Below the pieces are notes generated by a model that saw only the letters and a list, made by a program, of their open reading frames with translations, was not told where the DNA came from and ran no database searches. The position numbers and the translations under genes were made by a program. Positions 53,331-64,000 of a DNA stretch of 64,000 nt are shown piece by piece. Each line of letters begins with the position of its first letter. Position 1 is the first letter of the stretch. The stretch comes from Eledone cirrhosa (taxonomy: Eukaryota): positions 132,432,001-132,496,000 of the forward strand of contig OZ024740.1 in NCBI GenBank assembly GCA_964016885.1, in the 5' to 3' direction.

Positions 53331-55959
53331 AAATGAGGTCAAAGTTAAAGTAAGTTGTTTTATCCGCCGAAAACTTAGATATGCTATTGTTACAAAGCAA
53401 ACAAACAATTTTTTTTATTTGTAGTTGCAGTCTGACTGGACTGGAAACCATCTACTACAATTCACTTACTCATTTGTTGTATATATTTTACCATTTACTA
53501 ATAAATATACCCTCTCGCGTGGTCATGAAAACCCTCTTCCGTGGTCTCTAAGCTCACAAAGCAGAGGGGACATCAAGTTAGATATCAACATTTATTATGT
53601 CTGTTTCATTAAAGGGAAAATTGGAAAGCTTTGAAATGATATAATTGCCACTTTCTTCCAGATAAGAGCACTCTTTGGATAGACAGAGTTGCTCTTGTAT
53701 AAATGTTCAAAATAGTTGGTATCGCGTGGTGGGAATATAACAAATTCAACTGGTCCTTATTCATAAAAAAGAACATTTATGTTCCTTTTTTTGAAATTTA
53801 TATATTTCCTTTCAAGGAATGTATTTATACTCTCAGCTGCATGCAATGGTACCTTTGGAATATTGTTAATCAATTTTTTTGTAATCTAGAGATAGCAAAA
53901 TCAGTAGTATATTGAAAAATGGAAAAAGAGGCTAGAAGGGTGTTTCGTGATTTCGAGGGACAAAAGGGGGCGTTTGGCCTAAATGGGTTGAGAACCTGTG
54001 GTCTAAAACAATGATTCAATCAGAAGCTTGTTTTATTCCAAAACTAAAAGTATTTGCTAATCCACCTGCAAACTTTAGTTGCTTAGTCTATGTATATTTA
54101 TTATAAGAATTTGTACGCGGCGATCACACATTTAACGACCCAGCAGTAAAATACATATATATTTTTCTAATTTTGCATCTAAGTGTGTTCCAGTGTTTAA
54201 TACATGGTTATATATTGCAAATTCATAAATATACATGAGTCTACAGAATGCTAAAACAATTCCTACAGCGATGCATGCAAATACTTCAATTTGCATAACT
54301 TGCCACCTTAAGAATGTTTAAAAACACACACAAAAAAAATAATACGAAAATTATCAGATAAAATTGTTACTTATTTGGTTCATCCAAATGTTAATCTATA
54401 GAAATTATGTTGGCCTTTCTTGAAATATCTGATATGGTTTTATTTAACTTTAAGTTGACTGTTTAACGAAATACACATGCAATATGGTCAAAAAAAGAGG
54501 CAAGAAAACTCTGTTCATATAATATCGGATATTCCTCTCTATGATTATCTTCCACAGTACCTACAATTATACAACGTAGCAGACCCCGTGCATAATCAGC
54601 ATTACCAGATCCCAAAGAGAAAGTTAGTTCATAACATTCAATTTCAGTCTATTATCTACATAATTGAAACTGGAGAAAAAACTTGAATCATCAATTGTTT
54701 TCATATTTATTGACATTTTGTAATGAAAAGTCCCAGAGAACGAAACCAGTATAATGTTACTGAAAATTTAAATTAATGTTTAATTATCTAACAAAGAAAG
54801 CTCAAATATGAGACGTAAGCACATACAAACACACTTACGTGCACATGTACACATTTATACACCCACAAGTTGGTCACACACATATGCATACACATAATGC
54901 ACACACATATGCATACACATGCGTACATACAGACATACATACATATCTATGTATTATGTGTGTGTATGTATGCGTGTATATGTATTATGTGAGCATGTGA
55001 TACGTGTATATAAGGGGTGTCAGAATACCAAGTTTTTCTCTTAATCTCGTTCTTATTCTTAGAAAACTTTCTCCTATATTTCTCTCAAATGTGAATTATA
55101 CAGACTCAAATCTACATGATGGGTCGTGACATTGTGAAAGATAAATCATAAGCCACTTGAAAATAACTGGACTAATATGTGACATGTTCTTATTATTTAT
55201 ATTTGAGAAAAACATCAAGAGTACATAAAATAAAATGAGTTAACTCACGTGTTTTATGAAATGCCAACATAAATAATATGGCAGAATCATATACCAGAGA
55301 CATGTATAAGAAATGGACTAACGTACGATATACTGGAATATGCCATAATTGACTAACGTAGGATATACTGGAATATGCCATTACGTACAGCTATGGATTT
55401 CAATCATAAAATATTCGATTTTGCAGGGAAGACCAGAATTAAAACAATTCTATTCAACAGTGTCTGCATCTATAGTGCATTTATATATAGTATTTGGATT
55501 TCCATGATCTATATGCATTATATTGTTAGTTCCTATTCCTGGAATGCAGAACCACTCACTTCTAAGTGAAAGACAATATACCTATTGATGGTCCAACTTG
55601 GATGACATGGTTCCTGTATGTTATTGACAGGTTTCTAGCATCATAGCCATATATGATCGTCTGTTGAGAGGTAGAAAACCTTTCCCCCGCTATATAGATA
55701 TATATGTGTATATATGTATGATGTGTGTGTATATTTGTGCATGTATGGATATATGTGTGCATGTATGTTTGTATGTATGTAAATATGAACGCGATGTAAG
55801 CGTATATTTAAAATTTCTGCTTTGCAACTGTGATGCAGGAAAATATGTAAGCAACTCACGTGATAAAACTGTGAAACTCAACAAATCTGTCACTGTAGCA
55901 TTTTATACTTTAACACAATCTTACAAAGATGGTACAGGAGCCTAGAAAATACTGAAGAC

Positions 55960-56879
55960 AAATTTCATTATGTTGGATCAACCTCGTCAACATATGAACA
56001 AAATGTACGAGCAGTTATGGGGAACGATCATCGCTTGAGTGTTAGGATTATTGAGGAGAAACGGGCTTGGATAGAAATGTAGTTCAGGGAATTTTAACAG
56101 ATCATTTGAACATGAGAACAATTTGTGTAAAACTAATTCTTAAACACATGTTTGTGGAGCAAAGAGCAAACTAGTTGGGAAGATGTTAAGATTTGCTAGA
56201 AAGAAATGAAATAGAATCGCATGTCTTGGATACAGTAATTACAGGGGATGAATCTTGAATGCTCGAGTACGATACAGAGATAAAATGGCTGTGTGAGGAG
56301 TGGCACAGGAAAATTTATTCTGAAGAATGCATGCATGGGCAAAGGCAGGGTGAAAAAAAGGTGATTATCACTATTTTCGTCAGCCGTGGTATTGTTCACA
56401 AAAACATTTTACAACCAGGACAGGGAGTTAATCACCGCTTCCACGAAAATGTTTTGGAACAAATTAAAAAAACATATGTAGCGTGTCACAAAGGACATTG
56501 CAGGAGATTACGGAAGACTGTACTACGATAACACTCATGTTTACACAACACTCCGAAAGTTGGTGGCGAAGAAAATCATTCCCACGCTTCCATATCCTCA
56601 TTGCAGCCCAGATCCAACTCCGTGTAATTCATACCTCTTCCCATCAGTTGAAATGAATATTGAAGTTTGTGACTCTGGGAAACATACAAAAGATAGCAAC
56701 CGAGGAGCTAAGGACACTCCCAGAAAATGGTTTTCGGTATTGATACGAACAAATACATTGGAACCACCATTTGGTTCCCCAAGGGTTGTAATTTGAAGGA
56801 AGTATATTGCAATTTCATGTACGCATAATATACATTTAAATAAAACATCAGTACTTATTATTTTTGGACAAACCTCATA
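55960..56879 (+). mobile_element. Degraded mariner (Tc1/mariner) transposon, 3' part
   Basis: ITGDES..EYD.E.K...EW, KVIITIF...GIVH, (H/Y)DN, PHCSPDPTPCNSYLFP (cf. YSPDLAPCDFFLFP). Mariner-like end TTATTTTTGGACAAACCTCATA. Confidence 0.78.
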
Positions 56880-57559
56880 TATACTATATTATATAAGCTA
56901 CATTGCAAACTGGCGAATGCATATTCCTCAGTATGTGTTTGCTATTATGTCCATTTCTGTGTTAGCCTGGTTTATTAACCTACATTTACTGGTGGAGAAA
57001 AAGGTTCAATTATGGTCATTCACAGTAATAAAAGCATTTCAATTGGGTAGGGTCTCAATTTCCATCATCTTCATTTAATTTTGTTGCAATATGTTTCGCT
57101 CTTTGCTGATGCTATCGTATGTATTCGGCATTTCGTTATATGCGTCATTCTTTCATTGGAGCATGCAGGACTTGTGTATATTCGAGAGAATTCTCAACTC
57201 ACCTCGCCAGTCACTGTCAGTTTCTTTCTTTATCCAAGATTTAACTGGTTATATATTACCGAAATTATTTTATTAACTTGGAATACACAAACCAAAATAT
57301 CTTGTTGCCAGATATCTGTGGTCTAAAGTCATTATTCATACAGCAATCCATCAAATGCCTAAATGAATAACGCCAGCAATATATTAAATGACCGTCTACG
57401 AATCCAAATACGACAATGATTTAATCATAGAATATATATTTATGTGTGGGCACCTACGTGTATGTGCATGCACAGTATGAAAACAAACCAGAAGTATAAT
57501 ATTCACAAGGACACTTTCATCCTGAGACATTTACACACACACACCTCACATAAACACAA

Positions 57560-57686
<127 letters not shown>

Positions 57687-59020
57687 TATGTCTGTGTGAG
57701 TTGACTATTCTACATTAATGTCTGTGGGTGTGTTTGTTTGTCCGCACTGTCTGTTCTGTTTACGCGGGGACCAATTACATTTATGATTTCATATCGTATA
57801 TTTCGTTGTTGTTTTAACTTTTGTCGAATACAGTTTGTTAGTTTAGGTTAGCTGATGGATTTTGGTTTTCGTTGTTATGTTTGTTTTTGTTTGTTTTCTT
57901 TTTTGATTTTTTTATAGTTTCTGCTCAAATACGCGGCCTTGTGCTAACAACCGATATTTATTACCATTTTCACCAGTTCATCTAACATACAAACTGATTC
58001 ACAAACGCCACTACTATTACGAAGCGCTCAGTTGCCAGCGACGCATTAATTTATTGTTCGGAAAACACACACACCAACATTTCAGCTTGAGTCAACAATA
58101 TTCTGATGAAACGTCTGTTGATTCTAACTTTGTTCGCTAGTGTAAATTTAGAGCCATATAGAAATTGTTTATTTTATAAAAAGACGTTAGAGAATAGTAT
58201 ATATATATTGCTGTTACTTATACATACTGCTCTCTGTTTTATGTACTCTATCATTATTTTTTCTCGTAATGGGACATTTTAATCAGTTTGTTGTAGCATG
58301 CATGGACACGCGGAACAACATTGTTATTCATTAAATATTTCTAACATTATAAAATCAGTATCCGTTTACGAAGGTTTTTTTCAGTAGCATAAAATTGCTG
58401 TTGTACAGATTTAAATGCATATAGGCATTAAGGAACGGAAATTTCCTTTATTAATTTACGTCCTACTGAGATAGATTTGTAGTTATCCATTCTGAGTTTA
58501 ATATGAGTAGGAAATTTAATCGACTGCGAGTGGATTTTATATAATTCTTATCTCCATGAGGTTGAGGTTGTTTCAATGAAAGGAAGTGTTGCCTGTGTTT
58601 GCAAATATAAGCAAAGTAGCAAGAGAAGTTATATTCATAACAATGTTTGTATTCATATCTTTAAATTTATAATTTTCTATTCTGCAGTTCCTATTTATTT
58701 ATTTTTTTTTTCGTTTGAGGCCGATACAACAATTATCACCTATACAAATCCATAGTCTATATCAATGTAAGAACGCTTAGTTATATGATTATTGCTATCC
58801 AATTTGAAATATTTCTACACTAAGCCTTGACATATGTTGTTTGGGCATCTAAACGATATTAAATATATCAAATCAATGCAGACCATTCATAATTCATCAC
58901 GAAGAAGATTGTTGCAATTAATGTTTTCTCACACCGTCTTTGTTAGATCATACAGTTACTGGTAATAGTATATGTAAGGCTATGTGAGGTTGATGAAATT
59001 AAAAACAACCTGCCTCGAGA

Positions 59021-60278
59021 TACGTGTTGTAACGACTGTTCTATTGATGAGTTTTCTCATTTTAAATGTATTCCAATACATTCTCATTACGTCTCGATCA
59101 GATACAATATTATATTTCTATTTAACATTGCCATAGCTATGATTATCTTTCTCTCTAGGACAGGCTCTCCAGCTTCTGCTGGTCCACTATACCATTATTC
59201 TTTTTTCTTTGAATTCTTTCGTCCTTCTATCTGTGCTTTCTCTTATCACACACACATACACATCATACCTGCAGAAAGAATTATTTTTCTGTTGCACGAT
59301 CCATGGACATTATAGACAAAAATACAATTACACACTACGACGGACACATATATGCATGTGTAAACTAACACAGAAAAACATGTACATGAAAACATATTTT
59401 CTGGTAAAGTTTAATATCTGTTTCTACTTTTTGAGATATTGAAATATATCTAACTACGTTAGATATATTTCAATTTCTACTCAGAACCATTTCACCTAGA
59501 AAAGGTAGGTTGATCATCCAACTCAGTGTCAAACTACCCAACACTAAATGTCTCAAATTAATATCAAAATGATGGCATAAAATCCATATATGATAACTTA
59601 CAGCTACTTAAAACCGGGGAAGACAAATATGTGTAGCAGAAGAAGAGGGTATTTTATCTCTCTTTTGTACCAATTCTATAATCATGGCGTAATTAGGGCG
59701 GTGAATTGGCAGTATCAGTAGAGGGTTGGATTTGCTTTCCAGCATAGTTACGTCCCTTTACAATCTGAGTTCAATTCCCGCCGAGGTTAACTTTGCCTTT
59801 CATCCTTATGGGGTCGATAAAATAAAGTACCTGTAGTGTACTGGGATAATTGCTGGTCTTATGCCAAAAAGTAGAAACAGTTACTAAACTTTACCAGATA
59901 ATATGTTTTCATGTACATGTTTTTCTGTGTTAGTTTACACATGCATATATGTGTCCGTCGTAGTGTGTAATTGTATTTTTGTCTATAATGTCCATGGATC
60001 GTGCAACAGAAAAATAATTCTTTCTGCAGGTATGATGTGTATGTGTGTGTGATAAGAGAAAGCACAGATAGAAGGACGAAAGAATTCAAAGAAAAATGAA
60101 TAATGGTATAGTGGACCAGCAGAAGCTGTAGAGCCTGTCCTAGAGAGAAAGATAATCATAGCTATGACAATGTTAAATAGAAATATAATATTGTATCTGA
60201 TCGAGACGTAATGAGAATGTATTTGAATACATATAAAAATGAGAAAACTCATCAATAGAACAGTCGTTACAACACGTA
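59021..60278. repeat. About 413-bp inverted duplication (59021-59433 / 59865-60278) around a spacer containing a SINE
   Basis: Same ORF-track peptide MNSFVLLSVL... on both strands; arms are highly similar. Confidence 0.92.
59696..59880 (+). mobile_element. tRNA-derived SINE
   Basis: GGCGGTGAATTGGCAGTATCAGTAGAG (A-box-like), GAGTTCAATTCCC (B-box), body CTTTGCCTTTCATCC..GGGGTCGATAA..GTACC. Homologous copies at 18683, 26894 and 34455. Confidence 0.8.
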
Positions 60279-61147
60279 AAGGCAATCAAAGACAGCGATA
60301 GGCAAAATTCCTCAGATAACAGGCCAGTGGTCAAAAGAAAAACAATTCACAAGGTGGGTGAGATGCAGATGCAATATAGAAAAGATTGAAAGAGGCGTAG
60401 CACAAGGAGAACTGATGAGAGTGAAGATGTGGATGTGTAAACATCGCCTCTGTTTATTTCATTCTTCTAGTCACTTCTATGCCACAACAGACTTCTCCTG
60501 AGAGAAGTAATGTCTCAGTGTTCTCAGCACATCTACGAATTAAGAGATCTCAGCTGCGATATTACAGATGCGTGCTCAGGAAAAAAATATCGGACAAACA
60601 TTACGGGCAAAATAAACCAGCAGGATACGGATGAGTAGATCGCGAGCCTTTTAGGCAATGGAAACCTTATTTGGTCACTGCTTTCGTTTGTCGTCTCTGG
60701 TCATGTTTCTCTATGTGTCGATATTTCCTTTTGTATTGAGGTGATCCTTATTTTTACATTGATTTTATTTGTGAGACAGTGTTTTTCTGCATACAAAAAG
60801 AAGACTGATCGGATAGATTGACACAACTTGGATGTCAATGAGATAGTATATTTAATGTCCTGGATTTCGATTAACATTAACGCCACAATACATGCACGCA
60901 CAAATACGCACAAATACGCACGCATACTATATATATACAACCAATAATGCACCTTACTATATATATATATATAGTAACGTGCATTATTGATTGTGTTAAA
61001 TGGTCCAATAACTTTATGTTAGCAATATTAAGTCTCCACGCTTTTGTATATCTCCAATTCTATTCAAGGGAATAGCTAGATGATGTAAAACGGAGTATAA
61101 GTATCAACATGAAAATCCGAAGGCAAGGTAAAATTCCAATCATTTAA

Positions 61148-61221
61148 TCACGACACATGTTTCAATAAGAGATAGATCGATTGTGAAGCCATGATCGATT
61201 ATCACTGATCTCATCAGGTGA
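61148..61221 (-). ncRNA. Type I hammerhead ribozyme (inverted copy)
   Basis: Reverse complement of 61322-61395. Confidence 0.8.
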
Positions 61222-61321
61222 AAATGAATTGTCTTCAAATTCTTGATATGAGGGAATGAATTCTGTGAGAGAACATCGTTATTTTTCTCCCTCATATCAA
61301 GAATTTGAAGACAATTCATTT

Positions 61322-61395
61322 TCACCTGATGAGATCAGTGATAATCGATCATGGCTTCACAATCGATCTATCTCTTATTGAAACATGTGTCGTGA
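61322..61395 (+). ncRNA. Type I hammerhead ribozyme
   Basis: TCAC-CTGATGA-GAT(C)AG..ATCGAT..ATCGAT..CTTATT-GAAA-CATGTG-TC-GTGA: canonical core, GUC site. Confidence 0.8.
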
Positions 61396-61436
61396 TTAAA
61401 TGATTGGAATGTTACCTTGCCTTCGGATTTTCATTT

Positions 61437-61477
<41 letters not shown>

Positions 61478-61517
61478 TCACAAGACTCAAAGCTATGTTC
61501 AAAGCATTTATTTTATT

Positions 61518-61564
61518 CACTTACAATTGTTTCATCCAAACCTAGGCTTGGTATCTTCGGAGCA
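61518..61564 (-). ncRNA. Hammerhead-like motif with a U4C core change
   Basis: Minus strand: TGCT-CCGAAGA-TACCAAGCCTAGGTTTGGAT-GAAA-CAATTG-TA-AGTG, then AATAAA and (TA)n. Confidence 0.55.
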
Positions 61565-62120
61565 TTTTTCAATGTTTGTACATATAATTGACTTCCTATC
61601 CAACGCAGGAGACATACATATACATATATATATATATTGATGTACAGTGGAGTGACATATATTATACTATACTATATTTGTACAGCCATTCAAATATAAA
61701 ATCAAAATCAAAATTAAAATTAAAATTAAAATGCATGCGGCAGATAACACAGATAATGATAGGGGATAGTTTGATAATCAGATCTACTAGATAGTGTATG
61801 CGTTACTCACAAATGGAGCATGAAAATGTGTCTCATTTATATAAGATTATTGTGTGGCAAGGTGTTACATGTAATGTAAGCACTTTAAGCGGGTAAGTAA
61901 GAGTATTATGGTGGTTGTAGTGGTAGGGTATTTTTTGTATAGATAAAAAAAGTATTGATTCTTGTGAATTCTATATAACTGCTTTGTAGAACAACTGATG
62001 TTATTACATTGAGCTATTTATCTTACTGGTAATAAGGTAGAAATAAATCACTGACCTTCCCTGTTTATAGTTTAAACTATACATAACTATAAATAGTATC
62101 CTTAATATTATATATATATA

Positions 62121-62303
62121 TAGGAAAAAGTATGACCCCGACGGCAGAGCTCAAGCCGTTTCGACGGCTATTTCTAGACTCAGAAATAACCGTCGAAACG
62201 CCTTGAGCTCTGCTGTCGGAATCATACTATTTCCTATTACCATACTTATTGAGTACTCTGGTGCGTTATGGTCCATCTGGTTCCTTACCACAACTCCTTC
62301 GTT
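62121..62303 (+). repeat. Fold-back PLE-type 3' end, same family as 11050-11308
   Basis: Arms about 62121-62175 and 62182-62238. Shared tail TATTGAGTACT.TGGTGCGTTATGGTCCAT.TGGTTCCTTACCACAA then (TA)n. Confidence 0.78.
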
Positions 62304-62366
62304 ATATATATATATATATATATAATGAGATGTGATAAAAACCACAAACTCTTCATCTCAATCCTA

Positions 62367-62402
62367 CTTTTGAAAAGCAGAAGAACTGCGAAACCGGTAA
62401 AG
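62367..62402 (+). ncRNA. Minimal type I hammerhead (U3-A8 variant)
   Basis: CTT-TTGAAAA-GCAG aagaa CTGC-GAAA-CCGG-TA-AAG: palindromic CCGG helix III, GUA site. Confidence 0.65.
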
Positions 62403-62480
62403 GAACCAAACCAAATAAATATATATTTGAAAAGAAAAGACTCGAGTTGCGTTTTCAATTTCATCTGTGTTCCTTATATA

Positions 62481-62538
<58 letters not shown>

Positions 62539-62620
62539 TATCAATAATAATGAATTCAAAACTCAGGCAGTCTTTTACAATGAAATAGCTCAAAGAAAGA
62601 AGTATTTCTGAGCCGTGTAA

Positions 62621-63026
62621 TACAAGTTAATATAAATTAATATATTTGATAAACACAAATACCAACATATTCATGTTTGTATTGTAAATGACCAAGTTAG
62701 CTAGATTGAAATATACTAATAATAATAATACATTTTGCCTGTCTCGATTTAAGATAATAAATCAATAAAAACAAATCATATTGGCAATGGCCGTAGTGCT
62801 TGGACAAATTTAAATTTCATAATCAAACCTGTTCCGTATACAGGTTTAAACGTTATTTGGCCATTGCCAATGTGATTTGTTTTTATTTATTTATTATCTT
62901 AAATCGAGACAGGCAAAATGTATTATTATTATTAGTATATTTCAATCTAGCTTACTTGGTCATTCACAATACAAACATGAATATGTTGGTATTTGTGTTT
63001 ATCAAATATATTAATTTATATTAACT

Positions 63027-63030
<4 letters not shown>
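62621..63030. repeat. Fold-back (about 170-bp arms 62621-62792 / 62859-63030) ending in (TA)n
   Basis: TACAAGTTAATATAAATTAATATATTTGATAAACAC...GGCAATGGCC / GGCCATTGCC...ATATTAACTTGTA. Confidence 0.88.
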
Positions 63031-63065
<35 letters not shown>

Positions 63066-63383
63066 GTAATAATAAATTTGAAGACTAATATCCAATCTGT
63101 TATTTTAATAAATATTTGTTCTACGATTCTCATATATATTGATATATATTTATCCTTATCGAGCCCTCTTTGGATTTTAGTCTTCAAATTTATTATTATT
63201 ACTATTTGGCTCCCTCGGTTGAGCACTCTACTGACTTATATTCATCATGCAGAAACAACGTCTGAATATCAACGTTTTTTTAAATAACCACTTCTGCGTT
63301 TACAGATCGACTTATGAGTTTCAGAAGATCCCGTTAAGGGTGAAAGCAGCGATTCTTTGCTTAAACATTAATCTGTTATTTTA

Positions 63384-63490
<107 letters not shown>

Positions 63491-63499
63491 GTGTATGTG

Positions 63500-63597
<98 letters not shown>

Positions 63598-63828
63598 TTA
63601 TTATGTAATAAACAGCATAAGGCAATTATTCCATTTACCAGTGGTTTCTTAAAAGCAAAAGGTTTTGCTTTCAATCCTCAGAATGAAAAAATCCTGGTTT
63701 GTTTATTGAATTTGGCTCTTAAAAACAAAAAAAGGCAAGCTATATGAAAGTCAGGCTGGAGAAGGAAGAAGGAAAGGAAAAATAAAAATAAAATAAGACT
63801 ACCCATACAACCACACATACACGAAAAA

Positions 63829-63862
<34 letters not shown>

Positions 63863-64000
63863 CACACACACACATACACACACACACACACGCGCATGTG
63901 TATGCGCGCACGCACGCACACGTATACAAATATAAATATAAGTCGTTAAAAGAATGAGATGGAAGGCAATGGTTTACGACGGACTATTCAGCGCTGATAC

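Larger units (their letters stand above)
51353..54000 (+). mobile_element. Defective hAT transposon, Buster/Charlie group
   Basis: TIRs CAAAGGTTCTCAAC and GTTGAGAACCTGTG. 8-bp TSD GTCTAAAA at 51345-51352 and 54001-54008, with the central TA typical of Buster. Confidence 0.92.
61102..61441. repeat. Near-perfect fold-back (154-bp arms 61102-61255 / 61288-61441) ending in (TA)n; PLE 3' end
   Basis: Arms differ at only a couple of positions; each arm holds a hammerhead. Confidence 0.92.

Overview
AT-rich eukaryotic non-genic (intergenic or intronic) DNA full of (TA)n, (CA)n and (AAT)n microsatellites. No host protein-coding exon can be recognised. The repeat landscape and the tRNA-derived SINE look like a coleoid cephalopod (Octopus-like); this is inference from memory, not a search. 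Nearly all recognisable content is transposable. DNA transposons: a Chapaev3-like 3' end, a Buster/Charlie hAT with TIRs and TSD, and a mariner relic. Non-LTR elements: a full-length RTE, a near-intact Tx1/L1, R4/Dong-like and CRE-like RLE elements, and SINEs. The window also holds a dense set of Penelope-like element (PLE) derivatives inserted in (TA)n. Three observations stand out. (1) A near-identical 591-bp tandem array with one type I hammerhead ribozyme per unit (U3-A8 core variant, palindromic helix III), i.e. a candidate retrozyme/circRNA retroelement. (2) A PLE whose separate helical ORF1 joins the RT ORF at a correctly phased U UUU UUA -1 frameshift site. (3) At least five to six different hammerhead-bearing PLE-end families, many inserted as fold-back hairpins. 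All structures were read by eye; no folding or database search was run.
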